The notes under the pieces were generated by a model, which was not told the DNA's origin, made no database searches, and was given only the letters and a program-made list of their open reading frames with translations. A DNA stretch of 64,000 bases, taken from the IMG/VR virus record IMGVR_UViG_3300042386_000493. One strand, given 5' to 3'. This DNA is from an uncultured virus (IMG/VR IMGVR_UViG_3300042386_000493) (lineage: Duplodnaviria > Heunggongvirae > Uroviricota > Caudoviricetes). Shown here piece after piece: positions 37,978-48,898 of the stretch. The number at the start of each line of letters is the position of its first letter. Within the stretch, counting starts at the first letter, position 1. Position numbers and translations under genes: made by a program.

Positions 37978-39510
37978 TTATTTGGTTGGTACTTTACCGC
38001 CTTTTGCTATATATGCTTGTCTTTCCGAAAGACTCATTGCTCTGTAATCGTCCATACTTATACTTGGTGCGCTTGAACTTGCCGACTTAGGCGCGTCCTT
38101 CTCGTACTTCTTAACTTCACTATCGAAGTCAATTCCAAAGTGAGTGTTTAAGCGCGACTTATTTGCTGGACTCAAAGGTATGGAAATAGGATTAGTATTT
38201 AAAGAAATAACTTGATATTCTCCATTACCTATGTCTATAAACTCTACGTCTTGACCCGAATAATCTGATTTTTCTTCCGCTTTAATAATAGACTTAGATT
38301 GACCTTCCTTGCCCTCGACTCTCCAAAACTCACTACCATCTGCACCTCTTGTTCTATAATAACGAAGTGGCACAAAAGCTATATCTCTATTGTCTTCGCT
38401 AATTACGTTAATAACTTTTACGTCACCCGTTTTCCAGTCGGTTACGTCTAGTCCTTTAAGCGGTCTAGTCGCCTTAACATTCCCCATCTCCTTTTTCAAT
38501 CTTATCAACTCTTGGTTTTCCGCGTCAGTTAAGAAGTTGGTATTAGTATCCACGGCGTTTTGATACTTCGCCTCTAGTTCTTTTATTCTTTGTGATTTAC
38601 CCGAACTTGAAGTAGGTGTAAATCCTTCGTCGTAAATAGGGGACAAGCCAACCTTACTCTTTTCTCTATCACCTCCAAAGCTGCTTGAACTATACCCTGT
38701 AATATTGTATGTTTCATTACCCTTAGCCATCACCTCGTCAGTCATATGCTCTAGGAATCCATCCGCGTCTTTCCAATAACCCGCTTTCAATCCAGCTTCG
38801 TAGGTACGAGTCATATCGTCTGCGGTTGTTGGGTCAAGAGTAAATTTCTTAAATTGACCGTCTACAAACGTCCTTACCTTATCTCGATTCAATTTCCCCG
38901 TTTGTCCTATCACTCCACCTCCTAACATTTTGTCTTTAACGTCTGCGGCGGGCATCAACTTAACAATAGCGTTTTGAATATCAAACGGTTTTTGAGGTAG
39001 TGGGTTGTTGTCTTTATATTCAATTCTTGCCGCTAAATTAGGCTGGGCTTTCAATCCCTCGTACCATTTCTTCACATCTTCGGGGTCATACTCCCCTTGA
39101 CTATTGAACAAATCTTCTGAAAACTTGTATAAATCATCCCCTTCTTTCTTTGCTTTCGCTATTCGTTGCATATAAGGCATAATAGCCTTTTGGTACTCTA
39201 TACTATCGGGGTCTAGTCCACTTGCCGCCGCTTCTGCCGCTACATTAGAAATTTCTTCTACCGCCTTTGTTAAATCCTCTTGGTTAGCCCAGTTCAATTC
39301 ATTAATATCAGGTAGCTTGTAGTTATTCCACTTCGCCTTACGCTCTAACTGTTGTTTCGCTTTAGCGGTTTCTTTAGCCTCCATCTCCGTATTCATATTC
39401 TCTAGGAATTTGATAGGGTCAAAAGAACTTTGGTCGAGAACTGCGGCGTAACCCGTATTAGCTTTTTGCGTTACCCCTAGTGGGGTTGCGTTTGGTATTC
39501 CTAGTTCCAT
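37978..39510 (-). CDS. Internal virion/ejection protein
   Basis: 510 aa, helical, no Cys; position between pilot-like and giant proteins. Confidence 0.6.
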   Translation of the reverse strand: MELGIPNATPLGVTQKANTGYAAVLDQSSFDPIKFLENMNTEMEAKETAKAKQQLERKAKWNNYKLPDINELNWANQEDLTKAVEEISNVAAEAAASGLDPDSIEYQKAIMPYMQRIAKAKKEGDDLYKFSEDLFNSQGEYDPEDVKKWYEGLKAQPNLAARIEYKDNNPLPQKPFDIQNAIVKLMPAADVKDKMLGGGVIGQTGKLNRDKVRTFVDGQFKKFTLDPTTADDMTRTYEAGLKAGYWKDADGFLEHMTDEVMAKGNETYNITGYSSSSFGGDREKSKVGLSPIYDEGFTPTSSSGKSQRIKELEAKYQNAVDTNTNFLTDAENQELIRLKKEMGNVKATRPLKGLDVTDWKTGDVKVINVISEDNRDIAFVPLRYYRTRGADGSEFWRVEGKEGQSKSIIKAEEKSDYSGQDVEFIDIGNGEYQVISLNTNPISIPLSPANKSRLNTHFGIDFDSEVKKYEKDAPKSASSSAPSISMDDYRAMSLSERQAYIAKGGKVPTK

Positions 39511-39511
39511 A

Positions 39512-40345
39512 TTAACTATTTCTTAAAAGTTGAGTCATTAAAGCAAATTGCTCTTGTGTTATTTGTCCTTTCGCTAAAGCGGCTTTAATACCCTCTATCG
39601 TTGCGTTATCAAGAACCCCTTGCGCCCCACCTATGGTAGCCGCATTGCTTTTAGCTAGATTATCGACAAACTCTTGTGAAGCCTTCGCGCCATTATTGGA
39701 ATAATTTTGAGTCATTGCGTCTGCGGGTAGTGAGGATTGGTTGCCTTGAAACGCTTTTAACCACGCCGCATTATCCTCGTTAGCGTTTTGCATCTTCATC
39801 CCCATCACTCCAGCGCCAACTACGCCCTTCATTCCCTCGTACTTGTTTCTCATTCCCGCCTCACCTAGCGCTTGTGCCGCCGCTGCTTTCTCTTGAAAGG
39901 GTTGGTTCACGTTGTAGTCCCACGCCTTATCTTGGTATTCCGCATACTTATTTAACTCTCCTAACACCGCGTTTTGACGTAATTGGTAGTCTTGGGCAGC
40001 GTTTAAACCTAATTGATTCTCTTGTCCCATTTGGTTAGAATAAACTCCCGATAAAGCCGCTAGTGCCTCTACTCCGCTTGACGAGTTTTGGTTAATATCG
40101 TACAAGGCGTTTGCACTCGCTTGGTCAAGTCGTTGCTCCACGTTTGCTTGTCCCGCCATATTCATTGACGAAGCTAAATTCTTTGAGCGATTTAACGCTT
40201 GGGTTTTTGCTTCGGGAATATTGTATGTAGGGCGTTGTAGGTTCTTTAGAATGTCTTTTGAACGTGCGCCTTGAATTAATCCAACCACACCCTGCGTTGC
40301 TGCAGGAATGGCTGATAAAGCAGCAAGAGTAATCGGGTCAAACAT
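39512..40345 (-). CDS. Pilot-like ejection protein (Ala/Gln/Gly-rich)
   Basis: MFDPITLAALSAIP...GVVGLIQG N-terminus; promoter TATATTTG at 40365-40372. Confidence 0.65.
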   Translation of the reverse strand: MFDPITLAALSAIPAATQGVVGLIQGARSKDILKNLQRPTYNIPEAKTQALNRSKNLASSMNMAGQANVEQRLDQASANALYDINQNSSSGVEALAALSGVYSNQMGQENQLGLNAAQDYQLRQNAVLGELNKYAEYQDKAWDYNVNQPFQEKAAAAQALGEAGMRNKYEGMKGVVGAGVMGMKMQNANEDNAAWLKAFQGNQSSLPADAMTQNYSNNGAKASQEFVDNLAKSNAATIGGAQGVLDNATIEGIKAALAKGQITQEQFALMTQLLRNS

Positions 40346-40448
40346 AGTGAGCGAATTTAAGATACAAATATAGTGAAATTATAGCACTAATAAGATAAAC
40401 GCCATTTTTTGTAAACAATTTTGATTTGCTATTTAACTAGCTTGTAAA

Positions 40449-40480
40449 ACAAAAACCACCTCAACTAAGAAGTGGTTTCA
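40449..40480 (-). terminator. Intrinsic terminator after the tail nozzle gene
   Basis: AAACCAC...GTGGTTT inverted repeat with minus-strand U-tract. Confidence 0.55.
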
Positions 40481-40525
40481 TTAATATTGAAATTGATTAA
40501 GTTATTTCACTTTTATTGATACAAA

Positions 40526-43500
40526 TTATTCCGCGCTTTCACTCGGCACGTAATTAACCTTCGCGCTAAACAACACAACTTTTTCAGCGCTTGTCACGCT
40601 CACCTTTTGTAAGGAGCTATAACACCTTAAAATTCGTCCGTTTACCCTTGCTAGTTCTGTTGTTTTCAAGTATGGAATGCCAGCAGCTACATTTAGTTCA
40701 TCTCTAGTTACATCACTCCAAAAGCCGTTTTCGTACAACTTGAAGAGTGTGTTGGCGATAGTCGTTTTCATTGCGCTATAACTTGCTTGGGCGCTTACAT
40801 TTACCTCTACCGTTGGGGCTTGGTTAATTCTGTACCCTAAGTTCAAAGGGACTTTCATATAGTTTGGAACAGCGTTAAAAGCGTATGTTACCGAGAAGGT
40901 TCTTGGCACACCAAAGAAGTCAAGAGAATCGCCACCGTTGCTTTCATACAGCTCCCCGCCTAGAAATTCTACCGAGTAGAAACCTAGATTTTCAGTCCAT
41001 TCAGGGAAGTAATCTACCTCACTTCTCCATCTACCGTCTTTGTAATTAAACACCGCCCCAATAGCGGTTTCCCCTTGAACAAAGTAGCAACGGTATTCGT
41101 TGTTGAATGAGTCGATAGCGCTATTTAATTCCGCACCCGATTGTACGAATTGCGTTAGTTCTAACGTCCTTTTATTGAACTTAAACTCTCCATCCGATAT
41201 ATCCTGTTGCCCGTTGTTTAATGAGCGAATAAACATACCGTTATGGAAGTCGTAGTAAAATAATTGTCCGTCTACTACTCTTACGCTTGTCTTGTGGATA
41301 GTTCCATAGAGGGTGTCGTAAGGGTTAACACCACCAAACGTTTGGTTTCTTGGAGAGTAGGAGAGCTGGTTTTGACCGTCCGCGCCTACCGCCAACGTTC
41401 TTTGTATGTAAATGCTTGTTTCCTTTCTTTCTTGCAAGACTTTTAAGGTGTAGCCGTTGATTACTATTCGGGTAATTTGACCAAACTGTTCATCTAGGTC
41501 TACTTTGTTTAAGACGTTGAAGTCAAAAGAACAAAAGTTATTTTGTAGGGTGTTGTCGATGAACGCCCCTCCGTGAATAATAGATGCTTTGAGTTCAGTT
41601 CTCTTAAATTTCGAGTCTTGAATACCGATACGCCCGTAGTCACTAGCGTCGGATAGATAGTAGTCGGAAACGCTTGGGTCTTCAACGTAGAACCTCCAAA
41701 TAGAGTCAACCGTTAAATTTGTGTTTACTCTTTGAGAGAGTCGAGGTCTAACGTACACATCACCAAAGTCTAGGTTTAGTAACCCGTCAAGAGTAGAGGT
41801 TTGACTTGTATTAAAGTTCATACTAAGGTACGTAGCTAGAGTAGCGTTGTTAGCCGTAGTAATTGTTGTAGTGTTCGTAACGGGGTCGTATGTTGCAGTC
41901 AAAGCAGCCGTAACCAAAGGAAGTCCTACTGCGGGGGTAAATGTAAGAGTGTAGCCAATAGAACTTAAATACTCCAAATTCCCCTCGACAACCCACACGT
42001 TATTGCCTATACCTGCTTGGGTTACTATTTTTATTGAGTATTGTTGCCCTTCGTGTACCCTTTCGTCCGTACTTGCGTTCAACACCCTTTTAATTTCTCC
42101 TATCTCAAACCAAGGCTCTTCTATCGTTTGTAAGTTAGGGGTGTAGATTTCAATTAAGAAACCCGTAGTTTCCCTATTGATAGTTTGATAATCGTATGTT
42201 CTTACCCATACCGCTTCTTGACCACCCACACCACCACTTGCATCATACCTTAACACTTCTAATTCGACATATCCATTAGCATACGCGGGTAGAGACTGGA
42301 CAAAAGAAGCGCTATCGGTTACTACGCGAACAATATCACCTACTTGAATTTGGTGGTTGATATTCGCACCGTAGGCGGTTTCGTAGTAGTTGTCAAGGCT
42401 TAATTTGTAAAGATTAGGTGAGGCAGGGTCGGTTGCTAGGTCGGTAACGGTTCGGTACTGAAAGTCACGAATATTCGTTGTTTTCCTAGTCATTATTTGG
42501 TAGTACTCCGCCCATTCGGGAGGTGCATCGCTTATTATAAATCTAGGGTAAACCGTATAAGGACTATGAGTGTCTGCGAATAAAGTTGCAATATTAAGGT
42601 CTTGTGAAGGGAAAGGGACTTCTAAAATCATATCATCATTAGTCAACACCCCACCGCTTCTTAGCCCTCTATCGTAGTATTGTATTCCAAACTCGTGTCT
42701 TGCCCCTTTCTTCAATGACTTCTTAGGTCTTGTAGGGTAGAGAGAACGCATTGAACGTATCCCAAAAGTGTCAACTTGAACTCCCGTAAAGGCTATTGTA
42801 TAAATAATAGGCGTACCTCCCGATAAAGAACCCGAAACGGTATAACCTAAAGAGTCTAACAAAGCCGTTAATTCATCCCCAATTTTCTCAATAATATATT
42901 GGTTAGCCGCCGTTACGGATAGTCCGTCCACCGCCGTCATATCAGCAGAAGTAATTGTGTATGTAAAAGTAGTAGTAGTGCCGCCTTGAATTGTATTGTC
43001 ATTTGTAAAATAAAACGAACACACATCTCCTTCTTGATACGGGAATACCGCCCCCGCCGAAAGAGAACTCTCGCTATTGATAAACAAAGAAGTTCCCGCC
43101 TTGTAATATTCTACAACGGGCGTCATTATTGTCGTATCTCTTATCTCTTCTAATATCCTTTCTATTGCTACTTTAACGTCTATTGGGTCATACCCCTCCA
43201 CAAAGTTTGCAAACGCACCTTGCTTGGTAGGTAGAACTTCTAAGTCTTCGGCTATTTGCGGAACTCTATCATATCCTCTCAATGTTTCCATTAAGCCTAA
43301 CGGTTTAATAGCGTTGTTACCGTCAAATACTACGGAGTAAGTCGTGTCATTCGCTATGCCTAGAATAGTTTTATCCAGCTCCGTAAATATTCCAAACTGA
43401 CCGTTATTCAAGTTTCTCACCGCTACCCGAATAGTTCTTACCAGCTCACTACCTGTCGGTACACTCAAATTAATAACGTTATCCGCGTTAGGACTCAAAT

Positions 43501-44212
43501 AGTTCCTTCCGCTTATAAACTCCCATTCTTGCGGAATAATCAACTTAGAAATAGGCGACCACGTACTCTCTTGCCCCTCTTGGTATATCCATTGAATCGA
43601 AAATTGATAGAGCGAACCGTACAACTTGTTTGAATCTCCATTGCTATCAAACTCCAACAAATCATTCGAAGTGTAAGAAGGGTATTTAATAAAATCAAGT
43701 AACTGCTCGGTAGTCGTGTAAGTCGCGTCTATTGCCGCTTGAATGTTTAGATTTCTAGGCGGATTGAACTGCCATATACCATCTACGTTCTTCAAATAAG
43801 ACTCGAAGTAACCGTCCGTCCAATATAAAATTCCATTCACCACCCTTGCGCCTACTATCTTATTCGCTATTTGCAAATTGAGAAGCGCGTCCGTTAAAAC
43901 TAAAGTAAAAGAATTATCAGTAGTGTCGTATTGAAAGATAGAATGGTCGTCGTTTGAGTTGTGTACAAAGAAAATAATTGAGTTTGCTTCTACCCAAGGG
44001 CAAGAACCAATAACGGTATTAGTACCCGCTGGTAAATCTACGTTCTCATAGAGAAGGTTTCCCGTCATTGACACTAGCGCACCATCCTCACCCTCGGAAG
44101 CGTTACCGCTACGGGCGTAAAGGGCGGTTCTGTAATCTCCTTGCGCTATTGCTCTTTCGGTGCTATCGGTGTCTATACCGCCGTAGAAGAACGACTCTTG
44201 ACTTTCTTTCAT
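40526..44212 (-). CDS. Tail nozzle/stabilisation protein (crAss muzzle-like)
   Basis: 1228 aa; GGIDTDS.ER....GDYR.A, LYWTDG, YQFS, SLKKG..HEFGIQYYD..LRS. Confidence 0.75.
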   Translation of the reverse strand: MKESQESFFYGGIDTDSTERAIAQGDYRTALYARSGNASEGEDGALVSMTGNLLYENVDLPAGTNTVIGSCPWVEANSIIFFVHNSNDDHSIFQYDTTDNSFTLVLTDALLNLQIANKIVGARVVNGILYWTDGYFESYLKNVDGIWQFNPPRNLNIQAAIDATYTTTEQLLDFIKYPSYTSNDLLEFDSNGDSNKLYGSLYQFSIQWIYQEGQESTWSPISKLIIPQEWEFISGRNYLSPNADNVINLSVPTGSELVRTIRVAVRNLNNGQFGIFTELDKTILGIANDTTYSVVFDGNNAIKPLGLMETLRGYDRVPQIAEDLEVLPTKQGAFANFVEGYDPIDVKVAIERILEEIRDTTIMTPVVEYYKAGTSLFINSESSLSAGAVFPYQEGDVCSFYFTNDNTIQGGTTTTFTYTITSADMTAVDGLSVTAANQYIIEKIGDELTALLDSLGYTVSGSLSGGTPIIYTIAFTGVQVDTFGIRSMRSLYPTRPKKSLKKGARHEFGIQYYDRGLRSGGVLTNDDMILEVPFPSQDLNIATLFADTHSPYTVYPRFIISDAPPEWAEYYQIMTRKTTNIRDFQYRTVTDLATDPASPNLYKLSLDNYYETAYGANINHQIQVGDIVRVVTDSASFVQSLPAYANGYVELEVLRYDASGGVGGQEAVWVRTYDYQTINRETTGFLIEIYTPNLQTIEEPWFEIGEIKRVLNASTDERVHEGQQYSIKIVTQAGIGNNVWVVEGNLEYLSSIGYTLTFTPAVGLPLVTAALTATYDPVTNTTTITTANNATLATYLSMNFNTSQTSTLDGLLNLDFGDVYVRPRLSQRVNTNLTVDSIWRFYVEDPSVSDYYLSDASDYGRIGIQDSKFKRTELKASIIHGGAFIDNTLQNNFCSFDFNVLNKVDLDEQFGQITRIVINGYTLKVLQERKETSIYIQRTLAVGADGQNQLSYSPRNQTFGGVNPYDTLYGTIHKTSVRVVDGQLFYYDFHNGMFIRSLNNGQQDISDGEFKFNKRTLELTQFVQSGAELNSAIDSFNNEYRCYFVQGETAIGAVFNYKDGRWRSEVDYFPEWTENLGFYSVEFLGGELYESNGGDSLDFFGVPRTFSVTYAFNAVPNYMKVPLNLGYRINQAPTVEVNVSAQASYSAMKTTIANTLFKLYENGFWSDVTRDELNVAAGIPYLKTTELARVNGRILRCYSSLQKVSVTSAEKVVLFSAKVNYVPSESAE

Positions 44213-44423
44213 TGGGAATTTCTTTGAGCAAAGATAATGAAAAAAGGGCGCTAACCGAAGTTAAACACCCTCTCTTTATCTATGATAACACGCAAGTTTT
44301 AAATCTGTTCACAAAGATACAATGTTCAAGGAAAGTGAACAAGCCAAGAAAAGTTAATGCATAGCTTTACAAGTAAATGATAAAAGCAAGTATATAGCTT
44401 TACAAAATACATAACTAATTGAT

Positions 44424-45158
44424 TTATCGTAAGTTAAACCCACTTGCCATATACAAGCTATCTAGTAACTCGCTGACAGTAGGTGACTTAGCAAGAATAT
44501 TTGCATCCCAAACGGTTTCTTTGTATTGTCTTTCGTAGTCCTTGCTCATACTAAACAATCTTTCGTTATCGCTTAACTCCGCACATTTCCACATCAATAG
44601 ATTTCTAAAAGAATCTACGTAAGCAAGTGGAACAAACGTATCTTCATTAACGTTTCTACCCATACTCAAATACTCAATCACGCCTTTCCCGACTGGAATA
44701 CTCTCGCTAAATAATATTCTTCTTCTTTGCCAATCTACTCTGTAATAGTTGACGTTCTTACCCCCACCCTCTCCGTATCTTGTGTATTGTCCCCAAGCGT
44801 AACTTGGTACTCCTCCGCTTGTTTGCGCTAGGTTATTTGTTGGGGCTTCACAAGGTTCAGGGTAATCCGTTAAATCTAAAGTGTCGTCTTGCGTTAAAGT
44901 CCATATTCTTTTGTTATCACGATAACCTACCTTGCCTAACGCCACGAAGTCAGATGGTAAGTTCCAAACCCTATTTGCTAAATTGATAGGAATTTCAATA
45001 GTAACAACTGACGGCATATTAAAGCCTTGCATCTTCTCGGAATAAGAAGCGGTTGCGACCTCTAAAATATCCATATAATCCGTAGTAGATACCCCGAAGT
45101 TTTTTAATCGGTTTATCGTACTCAATACTATATTTCCTATTGTCTTTTCAGCGTCCAT
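44424..45158 (-). CDS. Tail ring/adaptor protein
   Basis: LPSDFV...IEYLS.G motifs; position in the tail cluster. Confidence 0.65.
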   Translation of the reverse strand: MDAEKTIGNIVLSTINRLKNFGVSTTDYMDILEVATASYSEKMQGFNMPSVVTIEIPINLANRVWNLPSDFVALGKVGYRDNKRIWTLTQDDTLDLTDYPEPCEAPTNNLAQTSGGVPSYAWGQYTRYGEGGGKNVNYYRVDWQRRRILFSESIPVGKGVIEYLSMGRNVNEDTFVPLAYVDSFRNLLMWKCAELSDNERLFSMSKDYERQYKETVWDANILAKSPTVSELLDSLYMASGFNLR

Positions 45159-45751
45159 TATTTAGCAGGTTGAGTTGGTTTATCCGTATCGGCGACTTTA
45201 TTATTGTAAATTTCTTCTAGCTGACTCACGTTATCACGCATCTTAGCCATTACCATTGAGAAGATTTCACTCTCCACTCCCTCTACACACACATTTGAAT
45301 CTTCACCCAAATTAGCGAAGTCGGGAAGAATATCTAAAGTAACAGTAGTAGTATTAGGGTCGGAACTAAAGTATAATTTATTCTCTACAATGTTCTTTGC
45401 CGTACACGTTACGAAAGGCATAATCTTAGCCATTATATTCGTTTGCTCTAGTCCATTGCTAACGGGAATAAAATCTCCATTAAGCCCCGTTACCCAAACC
45501 ACGCCATTCAAAAGATTAAGCGGCTTTACAGGTAAAACTACGTAGTAAGTATTGTTAGAAGTAACTACCGTTGCCGTATAAGACAAAGCCATATTGCGAA
45601 CTTTCTTCTTGTTTTGAGACGCTATATCCGCGTACACCAAAGCAATAAGCCTATCTATTACTTGTTTAGGGTATTTACCTTGAACGTCGGCTGGAGCGTC
45701 ACCACCCGCTAGTCTGTTCTGTATAAGTTCTATCAATACTCTTTTCGTCAT
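45158..45751 (-). CDS. Tail ring/adaptor protein
   Basis: Position; YYVVLP motif. Confidence 0.6.
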   Translation of the reverse strand: MTKRVLIELIQNRLAGGDAPADVQGKYPKQVIDRLIALVYADIASQNKKKVRNMALSYTATVVTSNNTYYVVLPVKPLNLLNGVVWVTGLNGDFIPVSNGLEQTNIMAKIMPFVTCTAKNIVENKLYFSSDPNTTTVTLDILPDFANLGEDSNVCVEGVESEIFSMVMAKMRDNVSQLEEIYNNKVADTDKPTQPAK

Positions 45752-46470
45752 TGTCCTTGTGTAGTTGGTGAGGTTTGTAAGGTAAATTCACTACGTATCT
45801 TCTTAGAGAAGTCTTGAATAATCAAATTAGCCAAATCGTTATACACGGGTAATGGGTATTCAAATTCTACGCTTTCACTTATCGTGCCTACGGGTAAAAC
45901 CGAAGAGTTTACGTGAGGCTCATTAGGGGGTAAGTAAACAACTACACCATCTATCAAGTCGTAGTCGAAGTAAGGGTTAGTCGGGTTCTTTACATACGTA
46001 AAAGCTACCGATTGAATACCTAAAGGTCTAACTAGGAACTTATCATTCTCGTCTACCGCGATTGGATTGTCCATCGTAGGTGCGAGTAACTCGGTTGAAA
46101 TTCGGTAATTGAAATCTTGTTGGTCAATGAACTGAACCATTCTTGCGTTGGACGAGAATCCTCCGCAATGATTAAGGTACTGCATATAACTTGACCTTGC
46201 AAAGTAGTAGTAGTCTTCGGGGTATTCTCCATAGCCATAAGTATCTAAATTAATAGCGGGGTAATCGGGGCTGCCTAGAGTGATAATGAACGGTTGAAGG
46301 TCGCGGGAAATCTCCCTCTTTTCTTCAAACACCTTCAACAACTCATTCATCTTGATAATGTTTACCCAAGATATAGTGTTATTAAAGTTGTACGGGGTTA
46401 CATACGCCCCGTACTGGTCTTTATTGAGTATCTCTAGTACCCTTGTGTATATATCTCCTAAGTTAAGCAT
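45748..46470 (-). CDS. Tail ring/adaptor protein
   Basis: IYTRVL.ILNKDQ.GAYVTP.NFN...YPEDYY...YVKNP..P pattern. Confidence 0.7.
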   Translation of the reverse strand: MLNLGDIYTRVLEILNKDQYGAYVTPYNFNNTISWVNIIKMNELLKVFEEKREISRDLQPFIITLGSPDYPAINLDTYGYGEYPEDYYYFARSSYMQYLNHCGGFSSNARMVQFIDQQDFNYRISTELLAPTMDNPIAVDENDKFLVRPLGIQSVAFTYVKNPTNPYFDYDLIDGVVVYLPPNEPHVNSSVLPVGTISESVEFEYPLPVYNDLANLIIQDFSKKIRSEFTLQTSPTTQGQ

Positions 46471-46488
46471 TATATCTAGTCTTTATTT

Positions 46489-48759
46489 TTAATACTGTCT
46501 GTAAGCAAAACCGTCAACAGCATAGAAGGTGTTAGTAAAGGCAACCCCTGAACCTACAACGTTAATGACGGTTGGGGTATTAAACGGAAGCAAGGTAGTT
46601 GGGTCGATAGTGAAGTCTCCTATCACCGCTAACGAGCCGCCAATATTAACTGTGCCCCCTATCTTCCAAGTCAAATCGGCTGAGATGTAGCACATATTAA
46701 GCTGTATGTCATATGCGTTATTGCCAACAGCCACACCGAATATAGTCGTGTTAATATTTGTGTTAACCAACTTAATCACATCTGCTGGGTCTGTAGATGT
46801 TCCCTTTATATTAAACTTGTAAACTATTTTTTCACCTAGCCAGTCGGCTGGAATAAATAAATTTACAGCGGCGGGAGAGGACTCATCAACATAAAAACCT
46901 AGCAATCTAAACTTATTCAAACCGTTAACCGTAGCCGTTAAAGTGTTTACCTCGTTTGTCAGGTCTAATAAATTATTATACAAGTTTGAAATAACCGTTT
47001 GAATGTCGGTAAGCCAAGCGTTGATTAAATTTATTTGATTCCCTAAGCTAGTCACCTCGTTAAGTATAGTAGCGATGACATCCCAAATAGCTTGAATATC
47101 ATCAAGGTATGTGCTAGGTGTTAATGACGCTAAAAATAATTGAAGTTCGTCTATTGCGTCTTGAATATCACTAGCTGCATTTTGAGATTGAGTTAAATAC
47201 GTAGCAATGTTTATCGTGTATTGAGAATATTCGGGGAAGTCCGCAATGAACGCATCAAGCAACGCTACTATTCCATTTAAATCCGTTACGACAAATCCAA
47301 ACGAAACTTCTAAGGCGTCCGCCCAAACCTCTAATTGGTCAACATCATCCGCAAATGTTGAAGACGTTGGGTCTAGCGCTAGAGCCGCTGATTGTATTTG
47401 AGTTACTTGCGCTAAAATACCAAGAAGGTCTGCATCGTATGAGGCAATAGCGGCAATAATAATATTGTAAGCCTCTAGCGCATCCGCATTCTCTTGAACC
47501 GCATTGCCAAGTCCGAGAACTTGAAGGCTTAAATTGTCTATTTCCTCTTGAAGTTGAGTAATAATAGAAGTCGCATCTAAATTACTATTATCAACCCAGT
47601 AAGGGACGTCTTGATTCTCATCGCAACAACCACAACTACATTGACCGCTTTCATTAAGCACAGACTCTAGTTGAGCCACGGTTGCAGCATACATAGCGTT
47701 GTTACCGCAAGTCTTGTACTCTTTAGCCAAAGCGTATAATTGAAGAACAAGTAATATAAGGCTATTTAAACCGCTATCTTGACCTTTTATATAAGAGGCA
47801 TTAAACTTATCCTTTAAACTTTCAATACAAGGTGTCAATCCACACAATGTGCCAACGCAAGTAACCAACGTTTCTCCCGTGTCTCTTACTTGATAAGTAT
47901 AAACTAGACCGTCGCTTTGCGTCACACTCATATTCAAAACAAGGACGTGAGTCCAAGTGCCTACCGCTAATTCAGAAAATGTAAGGCTATTTGATGTTGT
48001 TGTTTGAGGATTTGTTGCTGGAGCTGGATACAATCCATTTGGATAATAACCACTTAAATCTCTTGAAATAACTGTTTGACCGTTTAAAGCCGTACTGTCT
48101 TGAAAAACAATACTACCAAATTGTGTGCTTTCACAATCATAAGTAACCGTAACCGATGGAGTAACTAAATTACATCCGTTAAACGTGTAAGTAGACCCCG
48201 CGAAGTTAGCCCGTGTTACATCAAATGAATAAGTACCCGTCGCAATCGCTTCGTTCACCAAAGTTGTTTGTGTCACTACAATGGTTGAATTATCAAGACC
48301 TTCATCAAACGCCGCAGTAGATACGGTGAATGTACCGTTATTCGCCGCTTGCGTATTAGCCGTAGTTACCAAGCTATCTCCCGCGATTAGCACTCTTCCC
48401 GCATTGGTAAACTCTAGTTCAAAAGTAGAAGTAGTGGCTACCGAGTTAACAACACCCGCCGTGATGGCGTAGCGTAATGAGTATGTGAACGAGTAAGTCC
48501 CGTTCAAAATCTCTCCGTTAGAATCTAATGGCAAGTTAAACCAAGCACTTGTTGTTGTAGAAGCAAGGTTTACTAGCGGTGAACCTACCGTGCTGCCGTT
48601 GACAATTATTGCCCCCGTTGGACTATAAACATTTCCTAGTCCTTTTGCTGAAAGTTGAGACAAAACTATACCCTCTGCGGTATAATTACTAGCGTCTACT
48701 ATTCGACCTTTCTTGGTAGTGTTGTTGATTTCGAGATATACGTTTGCCGTAAGTGCCAT
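46489..48759 (-). CDS. Tail hub/fibre-associated structural protein
   Basis: Start revised to ATG 48759; beta-rich N-terminus, Cys cluster CSCGCC, long acidic heptad region; promoter at 48778-48785. Confidence 0.6.
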   Translation of the reverse strand: MALTANVYLEINNTTKKGRIVDASNYTAEGIVLSQLSAKGLGNVYSPTGAIIVNGSTVGSPLVNLASTTTSAWFNLPLDSNGEILNGTYSFTYSLRYAITAGVVNSVATTSTFELEFTNAGRVLIAGDSLVTTANTQAANNGTFTVSTAAFDEGLDNSTIVVTQTTLVNEAIATGTYSFDVTRANFAGSTYTFNGCNLVTPSVTVTYDCESTQFGSIVFQDSTALNGQTVISRDLSGYYPNGLYPAPATNPQTTTSNSLTFSELAVGTWTHVLVLNMSVTQSDGLVYTYQVRDTGETLVTCVGTLCGLTPCIESLKDKFNASYIKGQDSGLNSLILLVLQLYALAKEYKTCGNNAMYAATVAQLESVLNESGQCSCGCCDENQDVPYWVDNSNLDATSIITQLQEEIDNLSLQVLGLGNAVQENADALEAYNIIIAAIASYDADLLGILAQVTQIQSAALALDPTSSTFADDVDQLEVWADALEVSFGFVVTDLNGIVALLDAFIADFPEYSQYTINIATYLTQSQNAASDIQDAIDELQLFLASLTPSTYLDDIQAIWDVIATILNEVTSLGNQINLINAWLTDIQTVISNLYNNLLDLTNEVNTLTATVNGLNKFRLLGFYVDESSPAAVNLFIPADWLGEKIVYKFNIKGTSTDPADVIKLVNTNINTTIFGVAVGNNAYDIQLNMCYISADLTWKIGGTVNIGGSLAVIGDFTIDPTTLLPFNTPTVINVVGSGVAFTNTFYAVDGFAYRQY

Positions 48760-48804
48760 CTTATGATAATTTGATAGCAAATATAACACAATTTTAGTTA
48801 AGAA

Positions 48805-48840
48805 AACAAAAACCCCTCGAACTTAATCAAGGGGCTTTGA
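48805..48840 (-). terminator. Intrinsic terminator
   Basis: CCCCT...AGGGG stem with minus-strand U-tract. Confidence 0.55.
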
Positions 48841-48898
48841 CAATAACACAATTTAACTTAACACTTTTTAAACCGAGACAAACATAAGGACAAATATC